64,000 nucleotides of DNA from an uncultured bacterium (GCA_963844965.1 CAWJQC010000004.1:96001-160000); one strand, 5' to 3'; numbered from the stretch's first letter, positions 8,555 through 18,278 are shown. Notes: generated from the letters alone by a model not told the origin. Translations and numbers: made by a program.

Positions 8555-11500
8555 TCATTTCAGAAGAGCGTCAACTTTTTCTTGGAGCGCGGCGTTCTGC
8601 GCCTGAAGAGCGCTGATCTCTTGTTGCTGCTCCTTGATGGATTCTATCATCGGCGCGATAAGCCCAGTATAATCCAGACCAAGGGTTCCGCTCGCGTCAG
8701 TTTCCACCAACTGCGGGAAAACCGTCTGTACATTCTGCGCGGTTAAACCGAGCTGCTCTCCACTGCCCATCAGTTTTGTATCTTTCCATTCAAAGGAAAC
8801 CGGCGTCAGTAACTCAAGCTCCGCAAGCGAACCCGACAGTGGAACTATATTCTTCTTCAAACGCTCGTCGGAGCTATTTATCCACTGCCCAGCATTGTTT
8901 GTATACTCGCCGTGGGCTCCCTGAAAGTCATACGTACTGCCGGAACCATAGACGCCGATTGCAGCAGTTGAAAACACCCCATACCCTGCGGGATTACCGA
9001 AGTATCCAGCGGAACCGTTCGCGCCCGCGGTATCCGAATATCCTTCCACCCCAACCCCAGTACCAGCGTTGTAGCCATAGACGGCGGGAAGACCATTACC
9101 AGTACCGTAGCCATAGACCCCATACCCAGTCGCACCAGCAGTGCCATAGACACCATACATAGAGCCGGTGCCATAAATCCCTGCCCCAGCTTGCCCGGCG
9201 CCACCGACGCTTAATGTTGACGCCGGTGCCGTCGTCCCGATGCCGACGTTGCCGTTCGTGATGGAGAAATATGGACCACCCCCCATCCCAGTGCCAAGCG
9301 CCAAATTGAGGCCATAAGATTGTGACGTCAAATCAGCGTATGTAAATGCTCCGTTGCTGGTGGTGAACTTTATCCAATCTACGTTTGACCCGTTTGTTTT
9401 GTCTAGCCGTAAGGTAGACGTACTTCCACTCTGAATATCAAGTTTTGCGACCGGCGCCGTGTTCCCGATGCCGACGTTGCCGTTCGTGATGGAGAAATAT
9501 GGACCACCCCCCATCCCAGTGCCAAGCGCCAAATTGAGGCCATAAGATTGTGACGTCAAATCAGCGTATGTAAATGCTCCGTTGCTGGTGGTGAACTTTA
9601 TCCAATCTACGTTTGACCCGTTTGTATTGTCTAGCCGTAAGGTAGACGTACTTCCACTCTGAATATCAAGTTTTGCGACCGGCGCCGTGTTCCCGATGCC
9701 GACGTTGCCGTTGTTATTTATAAACAAGGCGGGTGACGCGCCGGATGAGTCAGAACCCTGAGTCAAAAAGGCCATTGGAGAACCGTTACTGCCGATCCGG
9801 GCCCAGTTCGCAACTGCTGCCGGTCCAAGCTGTAGCAAGGCATCGGTACCGTTAGATGTCAAGTCAAACTTGGCGAATTTTGACCCGTTCACGACATGCA
9901 ACGTCGTTGCCGGCGACGCCGTCCCGATGCCGACGTTGCCGGAACCTAAAATTGTCACGAGATCCGTTTTCGAAGAAGCGCCCGTTTTTTCACTAAACTG
10001 GAAAGCGGTGGTGGGATTGTTATAAACATTATAAAAATCAACTTCTGCATTTCCTCCCGTATAATTCCAACCGACGGCCAGACCACCAAGGCCATCACTC
10101 ACCGGTAAAGATTGCGTGTTATATGAAGTTTTCAGGAACCCACCCTCAACATCGAGCTTGTAACCTGGTGCCGCCGTCCCGATGCCGACCGAGCCCGTGA
10201 AATATCCGCCGCCGTAGACGGAAAGCGCCTGCGGACCTACGGCACTGCCCGAAGTGGCAACCGCCAACGAAGAGGAAACGACGACGCTGGCCGGGAAAAG
10301 ATAATTGCCCGTGCTGACAACGTTTGAACCGAAATACCCGGCCGCCACGTTGCTGGCGTTCACGGTGCCACCCGAAGAAGCGCAGTCGGAACCGGTGCCA
10401 GAAACAACGCCCGCAGCGCTTACGTGCAAACACTGGATAGAACCGCTGATTCCAGAAACAGTAAGGGTGTTGGCACTTGCGCCACTGCTGAAAGTTTGAA
10501 GCGCGGTCCAGGTGTTCGCATGTCCAAGATTCAATGCGGCGGACACGGCGCCCGCGGTTGGAGATATCGTTAGAGTTCCGACGCCGCTGTCGCTGACCGA
10601 GGTTACGCTGCCGCCTGCCGCAGACCAAGAAAGCGTGCCAGCGCCGTTGTTCGTGAGCACAGTACTTGCACCGCCTTGCGCGGCCGGCCAGGAATAAGTG
10701 ATACTGTTGATTTTCGCGATGTTGCCGTTATTGTCAACCTGGAATTGACTGCTCGCGCCGACGCTAAAAAGCGACGCTGGCCCCGTCGTCCCGATGCCGA
10801 CGTTGCCGCCCGCAGTTATCCTCATTCTCTCAGCAGCTCCAGCTGAAGTGTCAACCCTAAATATAAGACCATTCGTCGCAGCGCTCGCCTTGACATCTAT
10901 AAACCCTCCCCCAGAAGAATCACTACTGAAAAGTCTCATGCCGTTAACACCGACGCTCGTATCACCTCCAAAGAATAGGTTGCCGTTGACGTTGCCTGCT
11001 GCCATAGGCAAAAGCATATTTGACGTAAGCTGAAGCTGTTGAGTTGGGTTCGCCGTCCCGATGCCGACGTTGCCGCTGAAATACCCGCCGCCGTAGACGG
11101 AGAGGGCCTGCGGCAGATTGCTCGCGGTTGTCGTTGTGATTCCAAGACCGGAAGTGATAAACACGCTGTGGGGAAACCCGTAGGGAACGCCGGAATCGAG
11201 TTGGAGAGAGTTAAACACCCCGGGCGAGATGTTGCCGGCGCTTACGAGACCGCTCACGCTGCCATAAATGGACATGCCGCTGGCGAGATTCACACTGCCG
11301 GCATTAGTAAGATTTGAAGTGCCGATACCGACGGTGCCATCGTTGCGCACGACGAGAAGCGGAACAGCAGAGCCGGGCTGGACAACCTGCAGAGCGAAAT
11401 TTGAGCTGTCGGTTGACGAAGCCACAATCAGAAGCCTCACGTTGGCGGAGGGTGTTGACGTTCCAATGCCCAGATTGCCCGCGGCGTTAACGCTTATCGC

Positions 11501-11680
11501 TCCCGAACCGTAACCGGGAGTGGGAGGAGGAGAAGCAAACGCATAGTAGGTAGTAGGTAGTAGGTAGTAGGTAGTAGCGAGAATGACGAAAAACAAAACG
11601 CGCGGCGCAAAACTCGGACACGCACCGTAAAACTTGCGGCGGAGCTTTTGCTGTTTTTGGAACAAACCTGCGTCCATCAT
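8555..11680 (-). CDS. tail-fibre-like surface protein 2 with peptidase S74-type C-terminal intramolecular chaperone domain
   Basis: C-terminus has SSDERLKKNI...LTAQNVQTVFPQLV...coiled coil; repeated NGNVGIGT motifs; N-terminal anchor plus TTYYLLPTTYY. Confidence 0.7.
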   Translation of the reverse strand: MMDAGLFQKQQKLRRKFYGACPSFAPRVLFFVILATTYYLLPTTYYAFASPPPTPGYGSGAISVNAAGNLGIGTSTPSANVRLLIVASSTDSSNFALQVVQPGSAVPLLVVRNDGTVGIGTSNLTNAGSVNLASGMSIYGSVSGLVSAGNISPGVFNSLQLDSGVPYGFPHSVFITSGLGITTTTASNLPQALSVYGGGYFSGNVGIGTANPTQQLQLTSNMLLPMAAGNVNGNLFFGGDTSVGVNGMRLFSSDSSGGGFIDVKASAATNGLIFRVDTSAGAAERMRITAGGNVGIGTTGPASLFSVGASSQFQVDNNGNIAKINSITYSWPAAQGGASTVLTNNGAGTLSWSAAGGSVTSVSDSGVGTLTISPTAGAVSAALNLGHANTWTALQTFSSGASANTLTVSGISGSIQCLHVSAAGVVSGTGSDCASSGGTVNASNVAAGYFGSNVVSTGNYLFPASVVVSSSLAVATSGSAVGPQALSVYGGGYFTGSVGIGTAAPGYKLDVEGGFLKTSYNTQSLPVSDGLGGLAVGWNYTGGNAEVDFYNVYNNPTTAFQFSEKTGASSKTDLVTILGSGNVGIGTASPATTLHVVNGSKFAKFDLTSNGTDALLQLGPAAVANWARIGSNGSPMAFLTQGSDSSGASPALFINNNGNVGIGNTAPVAKLDIQSGSTSTLRLDNTNGSNVDWIKFTTSNGAFTYADLTSQSYGLNLALGTGMGGGPYFSITNGNVGIGNTAPVAKLDIQSGSTSTLRLDKTNGSNVDWIKFTTSNGAFTYADLTSQSYGLNLALGTGMGGGPYFSITNGNVGIGTTAPASTLSVGGAGQAGAGIYGTGSMYGVYGTAGATGYGVYGYGTGNGLPAVYGYNAGTGVGVEGYSDTAGANGSAGYFGNPAGYGVFSTAAIGVYGSGSTYDFQGAHGEYTNNAGQWINSSDERLKKNIVPLSGSLAELELLTPVSFEWKDTKLMGSGEQLGLTAQNVQTVFPQLVETDASGTLGLDYTGLIAPMIESIKEQQQEISALQAQNAALQEKVDALLK
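9236..9691. repeat. 228-bp (76-aa) tandem duplication inside surface protein 2 (single copy in paralog at ~3361-3590)
   Basis: Two copies differ by 1 nt (N/K); unit NGNVGIGNTAPVAKLDIQSG...GGGPYFSIT. Confidence 0.85.
11544..11577. repeat. (GGTAGTA)n heptamer array in signal-peptide region of surface protein 2
   Basis: gtagtaggtagtaggtagtaggtagtaggtagtag. Confidence 0.8.
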
Positions 11681-11687
11681 AATAATT

Positions 11688-11747
11688 TACTATCTACTAC
11701 TTACTACCTACCACCTACTACCTACTACCTACTACTTACTGCTTCGC
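11688..11747. repeat. degenerate TACTACC-type heptamer array (7 units) filling the gap between the stop of 11736-12200 and the ATG of surface protein 2
   Basis: tactatctactacttactacctaccacctactacctactacctactacttac. Confidence 0.8.
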
Positions 11748-12200
11748 AGGCGGTCCCTGGATGGTGCCGCTTGCCACTTGCGAAGGAAGCTGCTGCGAAG
11801 GAAGTTGCTGTCCCGATGACTGAAGCGAAGAAGGGTTGGCGAATGCCTGCACAAGCTGACTGTCGTTGCGCAGGCTCGTCCAGAAAATCACCTGCTTGGC
11901 GTTCAAATGGACCTCGTCAACCGGGCCCCAGAAAGCGTTCTTGAGGGCGGAGAGTCCGAGCTGTGCCTGATTCTGCTGATTGACGCTCCTCTGCAGGAAC
12001 CAGACGTTTGTCAGACGCAGGGACGGGAACCAGCTCAGTTTGCCGAAATAGATATCACCGGTCGTAAGATAGACCGCCGAATACTCGGAAGGGCCAGCCG
12101 GATTTTTGGGAGACATGAGTTTCAAGCCGAGCCACAGGCCGAAAATCAGGACGACGAGCACAATGAGAACCAGGACAGCGATTAATTTTTTGGGCAACAT
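11736..12200 (-). CDS. membrane-anchored hypothetical protein
   Basis: N-terminal TM helix; no recognisable domain. Confidence 0.4.
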   Translation of the reverse strand: MLPKKLIAVLVLIVLVVLIFGLWLGLKLMSPKNPAGPSEYSAVYLTTGDIYFGKLSWFPSLRLTNVWFLQRSVNQQNQAQLGLSALKNAFWGPVDEVHLNAKQVIFWTSLRNDSQLVQAFANPSSLQSSGQQLPSQQLPSQVASGTIQGPPAKQ

Positions 12201-12319
12201 GAACTATGATACTAATATACAAATTGTACTAATGATACGAATGAATACAAATTCGTATCATTTGTATCATTAGCATGATTAGTATATTGGTATCGCAATT
12301 ACTTGTGTTTACGACTTTT

Positions 12320-12852
12320 TTATTGTTTTGGGGCGACAACGAGGTAACCGATGGGACCTTTTTCCGGACCGCCGCAGGAAGCGCAGTAAAAGGTAAACTT
12401 GCCTTCAAGATAGGCCTGGAACTGGAACGTTTTGCTTGTCCCCTTTGGGGCAGAGAGATTCAGACCGTAATCGGGCTGGGTAAGGTCATAATTTCCGTCA
12501 ACCGCGTTCACGGTCAGGTTTATGACATCAAACTTGCGGACGATGATGGTGTCCGGTGTAAAGGCGTTGGCTTCAATCTTTATGGAAAAGTCGCGGTTGC
12601 TCGCGCTTGAGACCTGGCTCGCGGGGCTCACGGTCTGCGGAATGGCAACACCCTGCGGGACATTCTGGGAGTTCTGGTTGGGCACGACGATGTTCTGAGG
12701 CGCCACTTCGCGGGTCGCGGTAGCGTTGGGCTTGGCGTTGCCGCCGGCCTGAATGGCCGAGGTTCCGGGCTGGCGTTCTACGAGAAGGAAGATGCCCACA
12801 AAGACCACGACCACGACAACCGCCACAATGGCAATTATTTTGTTTTTGCTCA
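12320..12852 (-). CDS. membrane-anchored cupredoxin-like domain protein (copper ligands not conserved)
   Basis: TM helix, Thr/Pro/Gln linker, C-terminal ...FDVINLTVNAVDGNYDL...GKFTFYCASCGG...GYLVV beta-sandwich pattern; start assumed at MSKNKII. Confidence 0.45.
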
Positions 12853-12915
12853 TAGCTTTATTATATAAGAACAGGGAAAGACATGTAAAAGGGGGGTGTG
12901 CATAAGTGCGGAAAC
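12853..12915 (-). promoter_or_regulatory. conserved leader module (copy of 4681-4745) directly 5' of 12320-12852
   Basis: Near-identical 60-bp block with TATATAAT box. Confidence 0.45.
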
Positions 12916-12933
12916 CGCGGCGGGGGCTACTGC

Positions 12934-13797
12934 TTAGGTACAAGAAACGCTTGAAGTCGCAATCATGCCGCTGCCCGTAATATAAAGCCGATAGCAGGAA
13001 GCACCATTCTTCAGGATTATGCCGGACGCGCTATTGCTTATATATATATCTCCCCCGGCGACCTGAAGCGCCTGCGTCGGCTGCGAACCCATGTTCACGC
13101 CGGCGTAGCCGGTAAAATAAACATTATTTGAGCCGGGTAAGCCGAAATTGAGCACGCCGTTGACGTTACTCCAGTATTGCGTGGCAGTTCCAAGCGGCAG
13201 GCCGGTGGTTGACGATGGAAACACACCGGTATCAAAAGTCGCCGCATTCACGCGCGCAATCGCCGTCTGCAGTGCCTCCGAAAATTGCTGTGTCGCGTTC
13301 TGCGTATTGTTGGCCACAACGAATGAAACGCTCACGGAGTCGTGCCCCGGCGCGTTGGAACGCTTTATAAAAGTGAGGGAAGTAACGTTCACCCTCGGAG
13401 TTGTAAGCGGCTGCGGCGTGCCGGTAGCGGTCTGTTGCAAATATACCGTGCCAGGCGTACCGGAAGACAGATAAATGTAGGTCGGGTCCAACGAACTGGC
13501 TGCCATCCGCAACTTTAGGGTGCTCGTAGCGATATCCTGGTTTAACTCAACAAGACTTGAGCGTTCTATGTAATATTGGATCTGCTGCAACAGGAACTGG
13601 CTTTCTTGGTTCACCTCGGCGGCAGCCGACTGGCGGGATTGGATACGTATGACGGCGACCATCATCGTTATAAACGCAACCATGACTATTGCGAAGATCG
13701 CCGAAAAAGCAAGAAGTTCAATGATGGTGAAACCCTTCTTTGAACGGTAGGTGTAGTAAGTGGTAGGTGGTAAGTGGTAGGTGGTAAATTTCTTCAT
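12934..13797 (-). CDS. type IV pilin-like protein (class III signal peptide)
   Basis: ...KKG/FTIIELLAFSAIFAIVMVAFI prepilin cleavage/methylation motif. Unusually long leader MKKFTTYHLPPTTYYTYRS is encoded by degenerate heptamer repeats. Confidence 0.7.
   Translation of the reverse strand: MKKFTTYHLPPTTYYTYRSKKGFTIIELLAFSAIFAIVMVAFITMMVAVIRIQSRQSAAAEVNQESQFLLQQIQYYIERSSLVELNQDIATSTLKLRMAASSLDPTYIYLSSGTPGTVYLQQTATGTPQPLTTPRVNVTSLTFIKRSNAPGHDSVSVSFVVANNTQNATQQFSEALQTAIARVNAATFDTGVFPSSTTGLPLGTATQYWSNVNGVLNFGLPGSNNVYFTGYAGVNMGSQPTQALQVAGGDIYISNSASGIILKNGASCYRLYITGSGMIATSSVSCT
13746..13787. repeat. degenerate GGTAGGT/GGTAAGT heptamer array inside the pilin leader peptide
   Basis: ggtaggtgtagtaagtggtaggtggtaagtggtaggtggtaa. 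Confidence 0.65.
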
Positions 13798-13806
13798 ATT
13801 AACTAA

Positions 13807-14187
13807 TTATAACACTTGGGCGCCTAATGCGCTTATTGCCTTATTTATCATCCACATGATTTCATCTAAATCTTCGGCCAATTTCCTGTATGTTTCGGGG
13901 TTCAAATATTTTAATTCATAGACAATCTCTAACTGAGTTTCCAGCTCTGCGCCGGAACTATATGCGTTTCTCAAAAATTGTAATTTTTCTTTTTTGGAAC
14001 TTCTCCGAAAACCCTCGGCAATATTAGACGGCATAGAAATCGCCGCTCGCCGCATTTGACTTGTTAGACCATATAGTTCCGACGGTGGAAATTTTTCGGT
14101 AACTCCGTATATCAGAACCGCATACGATTTTGTGCGTTTCCAAATGTTCAAATCTCTGTAAGATTTAATGGCTGAATTTTCCGCCAT
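13807..14187 (-). CDS. four-helix-bundle protein (TIGR02436 / Avd-like, 23S rRNA IVS protein family)
   Basis: YRDLNIWKRTKSYAVLIYGVTEKFP...MRRAAISMPSNIAEGF. Confidence 0.7.
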   Translation of the reverse strand: MAENSAIKSYRDLNIWKRTKSYAVLIYGVTEKFPPSELYGLTSQMRRAAISMPSNIAEGFRRSSKKEKLQFLRNAYSSGAELETQLEIVYELKYLNPETYRKLAEDLDEIMWMINKAISALGAQVL

Positions 14188-14205
14188 GTCTAAATTCTAC
14201 TATAT

Positions 14206-14240
14206 CATACTACCTACCACCTACTACATACTACTTACCG
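14206..14240. repeat. degenerate TACTACC heptamer array in 5' leader of 13807-14187
   Basis: ctactatatcatactacctaccacctactacatactacttacc. Confidence 0.6.
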
Positions 14241-14331
14241 TGTCCGACCACCTCTCGCGTTTTCGGCGTTACCCAAAAGCGTCGCTCGCCTACGCTCGCT
14301 CCCTCACAACCTCTCGGTTTTGAGTAATTTC

Positions 14332-16005
14332 CTACACGGGAAAACTCCCGTTTTCCCGACCCCTTTCCCTGATTTTGGGCGTCACCCAAAATCCCAACCG
14401 CCATTTCCCTCCCAACATCAATCTGGTCTGCGCTTCAAGACCTGGCAACGCGCCAAAGATTATGAGCGTCAGCGGTATAAAAATCCACTGAAGAAAATAA
14501 ATGAGGTAGTGCCGCGCGCGGAACCAGCGCGGGCGCGGAGGCAAGAGCAGAATACCTAAAATCGCCGAACTTGCGATGCCTATCATGGAAAGCGAGACGA
14601 TGAAACGCGCGACTTGCGGCAGACTGTAAGAAAGGAGCGTGTAGTTGAAACGCCTGCCGCCGATGAACACCGGCAGCCACCCCAACGCGAAGATCATGAG
14701 GGAATTCGTCGCCCAAGAATGGAAACCTTCAAGGATATTGAAGGACCAATACCATTTTTTTCTTTTCGGAATTTCCGGGTCGCGCCGGAAGCCGTCCAGA
14801 AGATACGGAATATTTTCCGCGCCCCATCCCCAGCGCCGCTGTTGCCTGTAGATATTTTTCATCGTGGCCCAGAAAGTCGGCGCCGCGGGCGCGTCCATGG
14901 AAACCGGGTAAAGAAGGGGCTCAACGCGAAAATCGCCGTGATAGTGGAGATAGCACTGCCAAAAAATCCTTGAGTCCTCGGAGACAACGTCCTTATGCCA
15001 AAAACCGACGTCAATCAGCGTTTTCAGGGGAATTGACTGCGAAGAAAAAGAGGTCAGACGTTCCGGGCGCGACTGCTGCATCATCTGCCAGAAGGTTGAC
15101 GAAAAAGAAACGACGCGCGCCAAAGCCGGCGTCTCGTAAACGTTGTTCATGAAAAGCGGCACCGGCTGGTAAATCGCACGCTCGCGATCCTCCGAAGACA
15201 AAAAAACGTAGGCAAGCCGCCCGAAATATTCCGGGAAAACCTGCGTGTCAATGTCAAAAACCGACACTAAGATATTTTCATATCTTAACGCGGACTTACG
15301 CGGACTTAACGCGGAACTACGCGGAAAAACTTCTGCATTAGTCTGCACTTGCCCGCCTAAATTTCCTTCGGAAACTTTGGCGGGTAAATCTGCGTTAGTC
15401 TGCGCATTGACCAATGGGTCAATTATTAATTCTTTGGCGTGTGCCGCCGCCCACGCCTCATTGGAACCTTTGCCGGGAATTTCACCGGCTAAATTCCGCG
15501 GATGGACAGTGACAAGAAACCTGAAAAATTTATCGGCGAATTCTTTTTTTATTTTTTCGGCGACCGCTCTGGCGTCTTCCCCACCCGCTTCCTCCGTCGC
15601 CAGCACGACCAAAAGCTTATCCAGCGGATAATTCACGCGAACCAAGCTCTCAAAACTTCCGCGAACCACTTCATAGGGCTCTTTGTACATCGGAAGAATA
15701 ATAAGGTGATACACTTCCGACCATGACAATGACTTATGACGATGACCGCTCAAATTATTGTTATCGTTATTGTCATTTGTCATAGTCCGCAATTTTTCCA
15801 GCCAATCCACTCTCAGGTTTTTCCTCATCGCCGAAAAAGTTGAGCGCAAGTGCAGAGAGAGATAAATCGTTTTCAGGAGCCAGTAGATGTCAAAGAGTAT
15901 GATAAAAACCGCGACGGCGGCGGGCAGCTTCCACGACAGAAAGACCATCAAAAATAAAGTGAGCCAGGCAAGACCTCCGGGAAGAATTTCAAAAAAACGG
16001 TGCAT
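14332..16005 (-). CDS. family-2 processive beta-glycosyltransferase (cellulose/chitin synthase-like) with in-frame oligo-repeat insertion
   Basis: N-terminal TM helices; QQRRWGWG (QxxRW) motif; extra segment QTNADLPAKVSEGNLGGQVQTNAEVFPRSSALSPRKSAL. Confidence 0.65.
   Translation of the reverse strand: MHRFFEILPGGLAWLTLFLMVFLSWKLPAAVAVFIILFDIYWLLKTIYLSLHLRSTFSAMRKNLRVDWLEKLRTMTNDNNDNNNLSGHRHKSLSWSEVYHLIILPMYKEPYEVVRGSFESLVRVNYPLDKLLVVLATEEAGGEDARAVAEKIKKEFADKFFRFLVTVHPRNLAGEIPGKGSNEAWAAAHAKELIIDPLVNAQTNADLPAKVSEGNLGGQVQTNAEVFPRSSALSPRKSALRYENILVSVFDIDTQVFPEYFGRLAYVFLSSEDRERAIYQPVPLFMNNVYETPALARVVSFSSTFWQMMQQSRPERLTSFSSQSIPLKTLIDVGFWHKDVVSEDSRIFWQCYLHYHGDFRVEPLLYPVSMDAPAAPTFWATMKNIYRQQRRWGWGAENIPYLLDGFRRDPEIPKRKKWYWSFNILEGFHSWATNSLMIFALGWLPVFIGGRRFNYTLLSYSLPQVARFIVSLSMIGIASSAILGILLLPPRPRWFRARHYLIYFLQWIFIPLTLIIFGALPGLEAQTRLMLGGKWRLGFWVTPKIRERGRENGSFPV
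15287..15412. repeat. GCGGAC/GTCTGC oligo-repeat block in frame within the GT2 gene
   Basis: aacgcggacttacgcggacttaacgcggaactacgcgg...ctgcattagtctgcac...ctgcgttagtctgcgc. Confidence 0.6.
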
Positions 16006-16101
16006 GCAAAAGTCAATTAAAAAAATTTTAGTGTTACCTATCTATTATACACCTGCAACCGCTTTTGACTTTTAGGGTTTAGTTTTTTATCTTACTTATA
16101 A

Positions 16102-16176
16102 GGCCCTGTCGTCTAGTCTGGCCTAGGACACAGGCTTTTCAAGCCTGGTACACGGGTTCGAATCCCGTCGGGGCTG
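16102..16176 (+). tRNA. tRNA-Glu (anticodon UUC)
   Basis: Cloverleaf: acceptor GGCCCUG/CGGGGCU (two G-U pairs), anticodon loop uuUUCaa, T-loop GGTTCGAATCC; no encoded CCA. Confidence 0.75.
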
Positions 16177-16265
16177 CCGTGAAATAAAAACTCCGGGCGT
16201 TGTAGCGCGCCGCGGAGTTTCGGTTCCGCCCGAAAATCGGCCCGGCTCTGCCGTGATGCATGAGA

Positions 16266-16712
16266 TCAATTGACTCTGTCTTTATGTCCTTCTCGCTGTA
16301 GTTCCCCATACGACAGTTCTCCCTCGCCCTCAAAGTCCGGTGACGCTTCGCAACCCGCGCGCGAATAGGCCTCGTAAGCCATCACAAGCTGGCGCGCCCG
16401 CAAAAATACATCCCACAATCTCGCGCCGCTTACTGCACGCGCCTCAATAATCCCCCTCAAAACATTGTTCTGACAATCTTCGGGTAGTCGCCTGAATGCC
16501 AAACATAGGTCTCTCATCTCATCCAGCGTCACGATAAGTTCGGCACCGCAGAATTGACGTACGCTCTCCGTGTAAACATTCATGGTTGCCAGACTGACGA
16601 GGTATTCGCTTTCCACCTCGCGCTCTTGTCTGCGTCGGCGTCTTTGCCGCCGCAAGAATCTTTTCCAATCGCCATGACGGTTTTCAACCGCCACCTTATC
16701 TTCTTTTCTCAT
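16266..16712 (-). CDS. hypothetical protein (Arg-rich N-terminus)
   Basis: ORF only. Confidence 0.35.
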   Translation of the reverse strand: MRKEDKVAVENRHGDWKRFLRRQRRRRRQEREVESEYLVSLATMNVYTESVRQFCGAELIVTLDEMRDLCLAFRRLPEDCQNNVLRGIIEARAVSGARLWDVFLRARQLVMAYEAYSRAGCEASPDFEGEGELSYGELQREGHKDRVN

Positions 16713-16862
16713 CCTTCACCAACCCGTTCCTTGACAAAAATTTCTATTAGAATCATATAACACAACATTGCCTCCCACAACCGGAGGCAACGGCTCCATA
16801 AACTACGAGGTGAGACAAGAATAAAAAATCCCGCTTGCCAATCAGGCAACGGGATGAACAAC

Positions 16863-18158
16863 TCAGGCAGGCCGGATCAACACCCGCGCGTAATTTTTCG
16901 TGAAATATTTGTTGGCAACATCGCGCAATCTTTTCAATTTCAGACCTTTCATGCGCTTCTCAAAGTCGTGCAACCGCACAAGCTCTTCGTCGCCGTTCGA
17001 GGCGGCCATAACAATCGTATCGGCCAGACAATCGGGCAATCTGTGGAACATTTCATAGTACTCATCGAGCATTCTTTCCCTTGTGTCCGCAAATTGTCGT
17101 TCGTCCACCAGATCCGTTTTCAGTTTCCCAATCTCTTCAAGTGTGGCCCTTTCACCGTACGCAGCGAAGTCGCTACTTGCCGTGGCAAAACCCACGTAAA
17201 TCATGCCGTTAACAAAAGTCCGCGGTGTCTCAACGGAAACCCTGTACACGCCGCCATTGAAGTCGGTATTCTCATTCCGTAGGCGGCGATAGAGCCGCCG
17301 CTCTAGAATCCTTGCCAATACGTCAATCGTTTCAGCATCCGGACTAAGATAGGACTCCGTCGGAAAACCAATGCCGCAATAAAACAACTTGATGTCCCGG
17401 ACGATCTCCAGCGGCCTTATTTCATTGAGAACCGGCAAGTCGTCTAAATGGTCATAGTCCAGCTCGGGCGGTTCCGTGGCGCAATTCCAATCGCCGAAAT
17501 ATCTCTCGGCAATTTCCTTAACTCCCTGAAATGGCGGGCCGAGAATAATCAGAAACACGTTCTTCGGCACATAGTACCGATTCACGAATTTTCTCATAGC
17601 GTACGGAGTAATCTTGCGCAGAAGTTCCGGCTCGCAATCAATGCGGTAGCGGACAGGATTCTTCTCGTACATAAGCGCGTATACGGAATCTCGGAGAAGT
17701 TCTTTCATATCTTCAACGCCATACTCAAGATATTCCTTATACGCCGCCGCCATTTCAGACAGAGAAATCTTTCCCTGGTCAATAAGGCGATGGTCCTGAT
17801 GGACAAAGCTCGTCAGAATATCAAAAACTTCTTTCATGTATCTTTCCCGCCGGATGCTCGCGTGTCCGTAAAATGTGCACGTTCTCGTGGTGAATATGTT
17901 CCAGTCGCCGCTGTAATCGCCCAGATATCTCCAAAACTTGGACTCAACATCGTCGGCGCTATATTTGCGCGACTTGGTACAAATGACGTGTTCGGTGAAA
18001 TGCGCCATGCCGCCGTTCATGTGTATCGCTCCAACCTTCACGCCGACCCCGGAAAGCCAGGTCGTATGGGACGAATCATACTGCCCATAATAACGCATCC
18101 CGTTGCCGAGGACGTCGGTCTTGACCTTCAGTGATTCTCTCATCGGCGATTTCTCCAT
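16863..18158 (-). CDS. M16 (pitrilysin/insulinase) family zinc peptidase, single-domain
   Basis: Inverted zinc motif HFTEH (HxxEH) near N-terminus. Confidence 0.6.
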   Translation of the reverse strand: MEKSPMRESLKVKTDVLGNGMRYYGQYDSSHTTWLSGVGVKVGAIHMNGGMAHFTEHVICTKSRKYSADDVESKFWRYLGDYSGDWNIFTTRTCTFYGHASIRRERYMKEVFDILTSFVHQDHRLIDQGKISLSEMAAAYKEYLEYGVEDMKELLRDSVYALMYEKNPVRYRIDCEPELLRKITPYAMRKFVNRYYVPKNVFLIILGPPFQGVKEIAERYFGDWNCATEPPELDYDHLDDLPVLNEIRPLEIVRDIKLFYCGIGFPTESYLSPDAETIDVLARILERRLYRRLRNENTDFNGGVYRVSVETPRTFVNGMIYVGFATASSDFAAYGERATLEEIGKLKTDLVDERQFADTRERMLDEYYEMFHRLPDCLADTIVMAASNGDEELVRLHDFEKRMKGLKLKRLRDVANKYFTKNYARVLIRPA

Positions 18159-18278
18159 CGTGATGTAAAAAACTAAAAGTATCCTAAGTCAAATATGTAA
18201 AAAGTCAAATAATTCGGCGGGGATATTTCTCGCGATTTTTTCAGAACAAAACGGAGCGGCCAAGCCGCTCCGACACAC

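Noticed and set aside
8776-11513. Numerous 60-160-aa ORFs antisense or out of frame within the tail-fibre genes (e.g. 8776-9162, 8878-9204, 10146-10628, 3259-3447, 3758-4123)
   Set aside because: They lie in GC-rich, stop-poor repeat DNA, entirely inside well-supported long ORFs on the other strand, and have low-complexity translations.
2180-14187. Diversity-generating retroelement (Avd-like protein plus near-identical repeat blocks in adhesin genes)
   Set aside because: No reverse transcriptase ORF in the window. Repeat copies differ by one base rather than adenine-specific substitutions, so the pattern fits gene conversion or tandem duplication.
4484-14240. CRISPR array (regularly spaced short repeats)
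   Set aside because: The repeats are contiguous 7-bp tandem units without spacers, and no cas genes are present.
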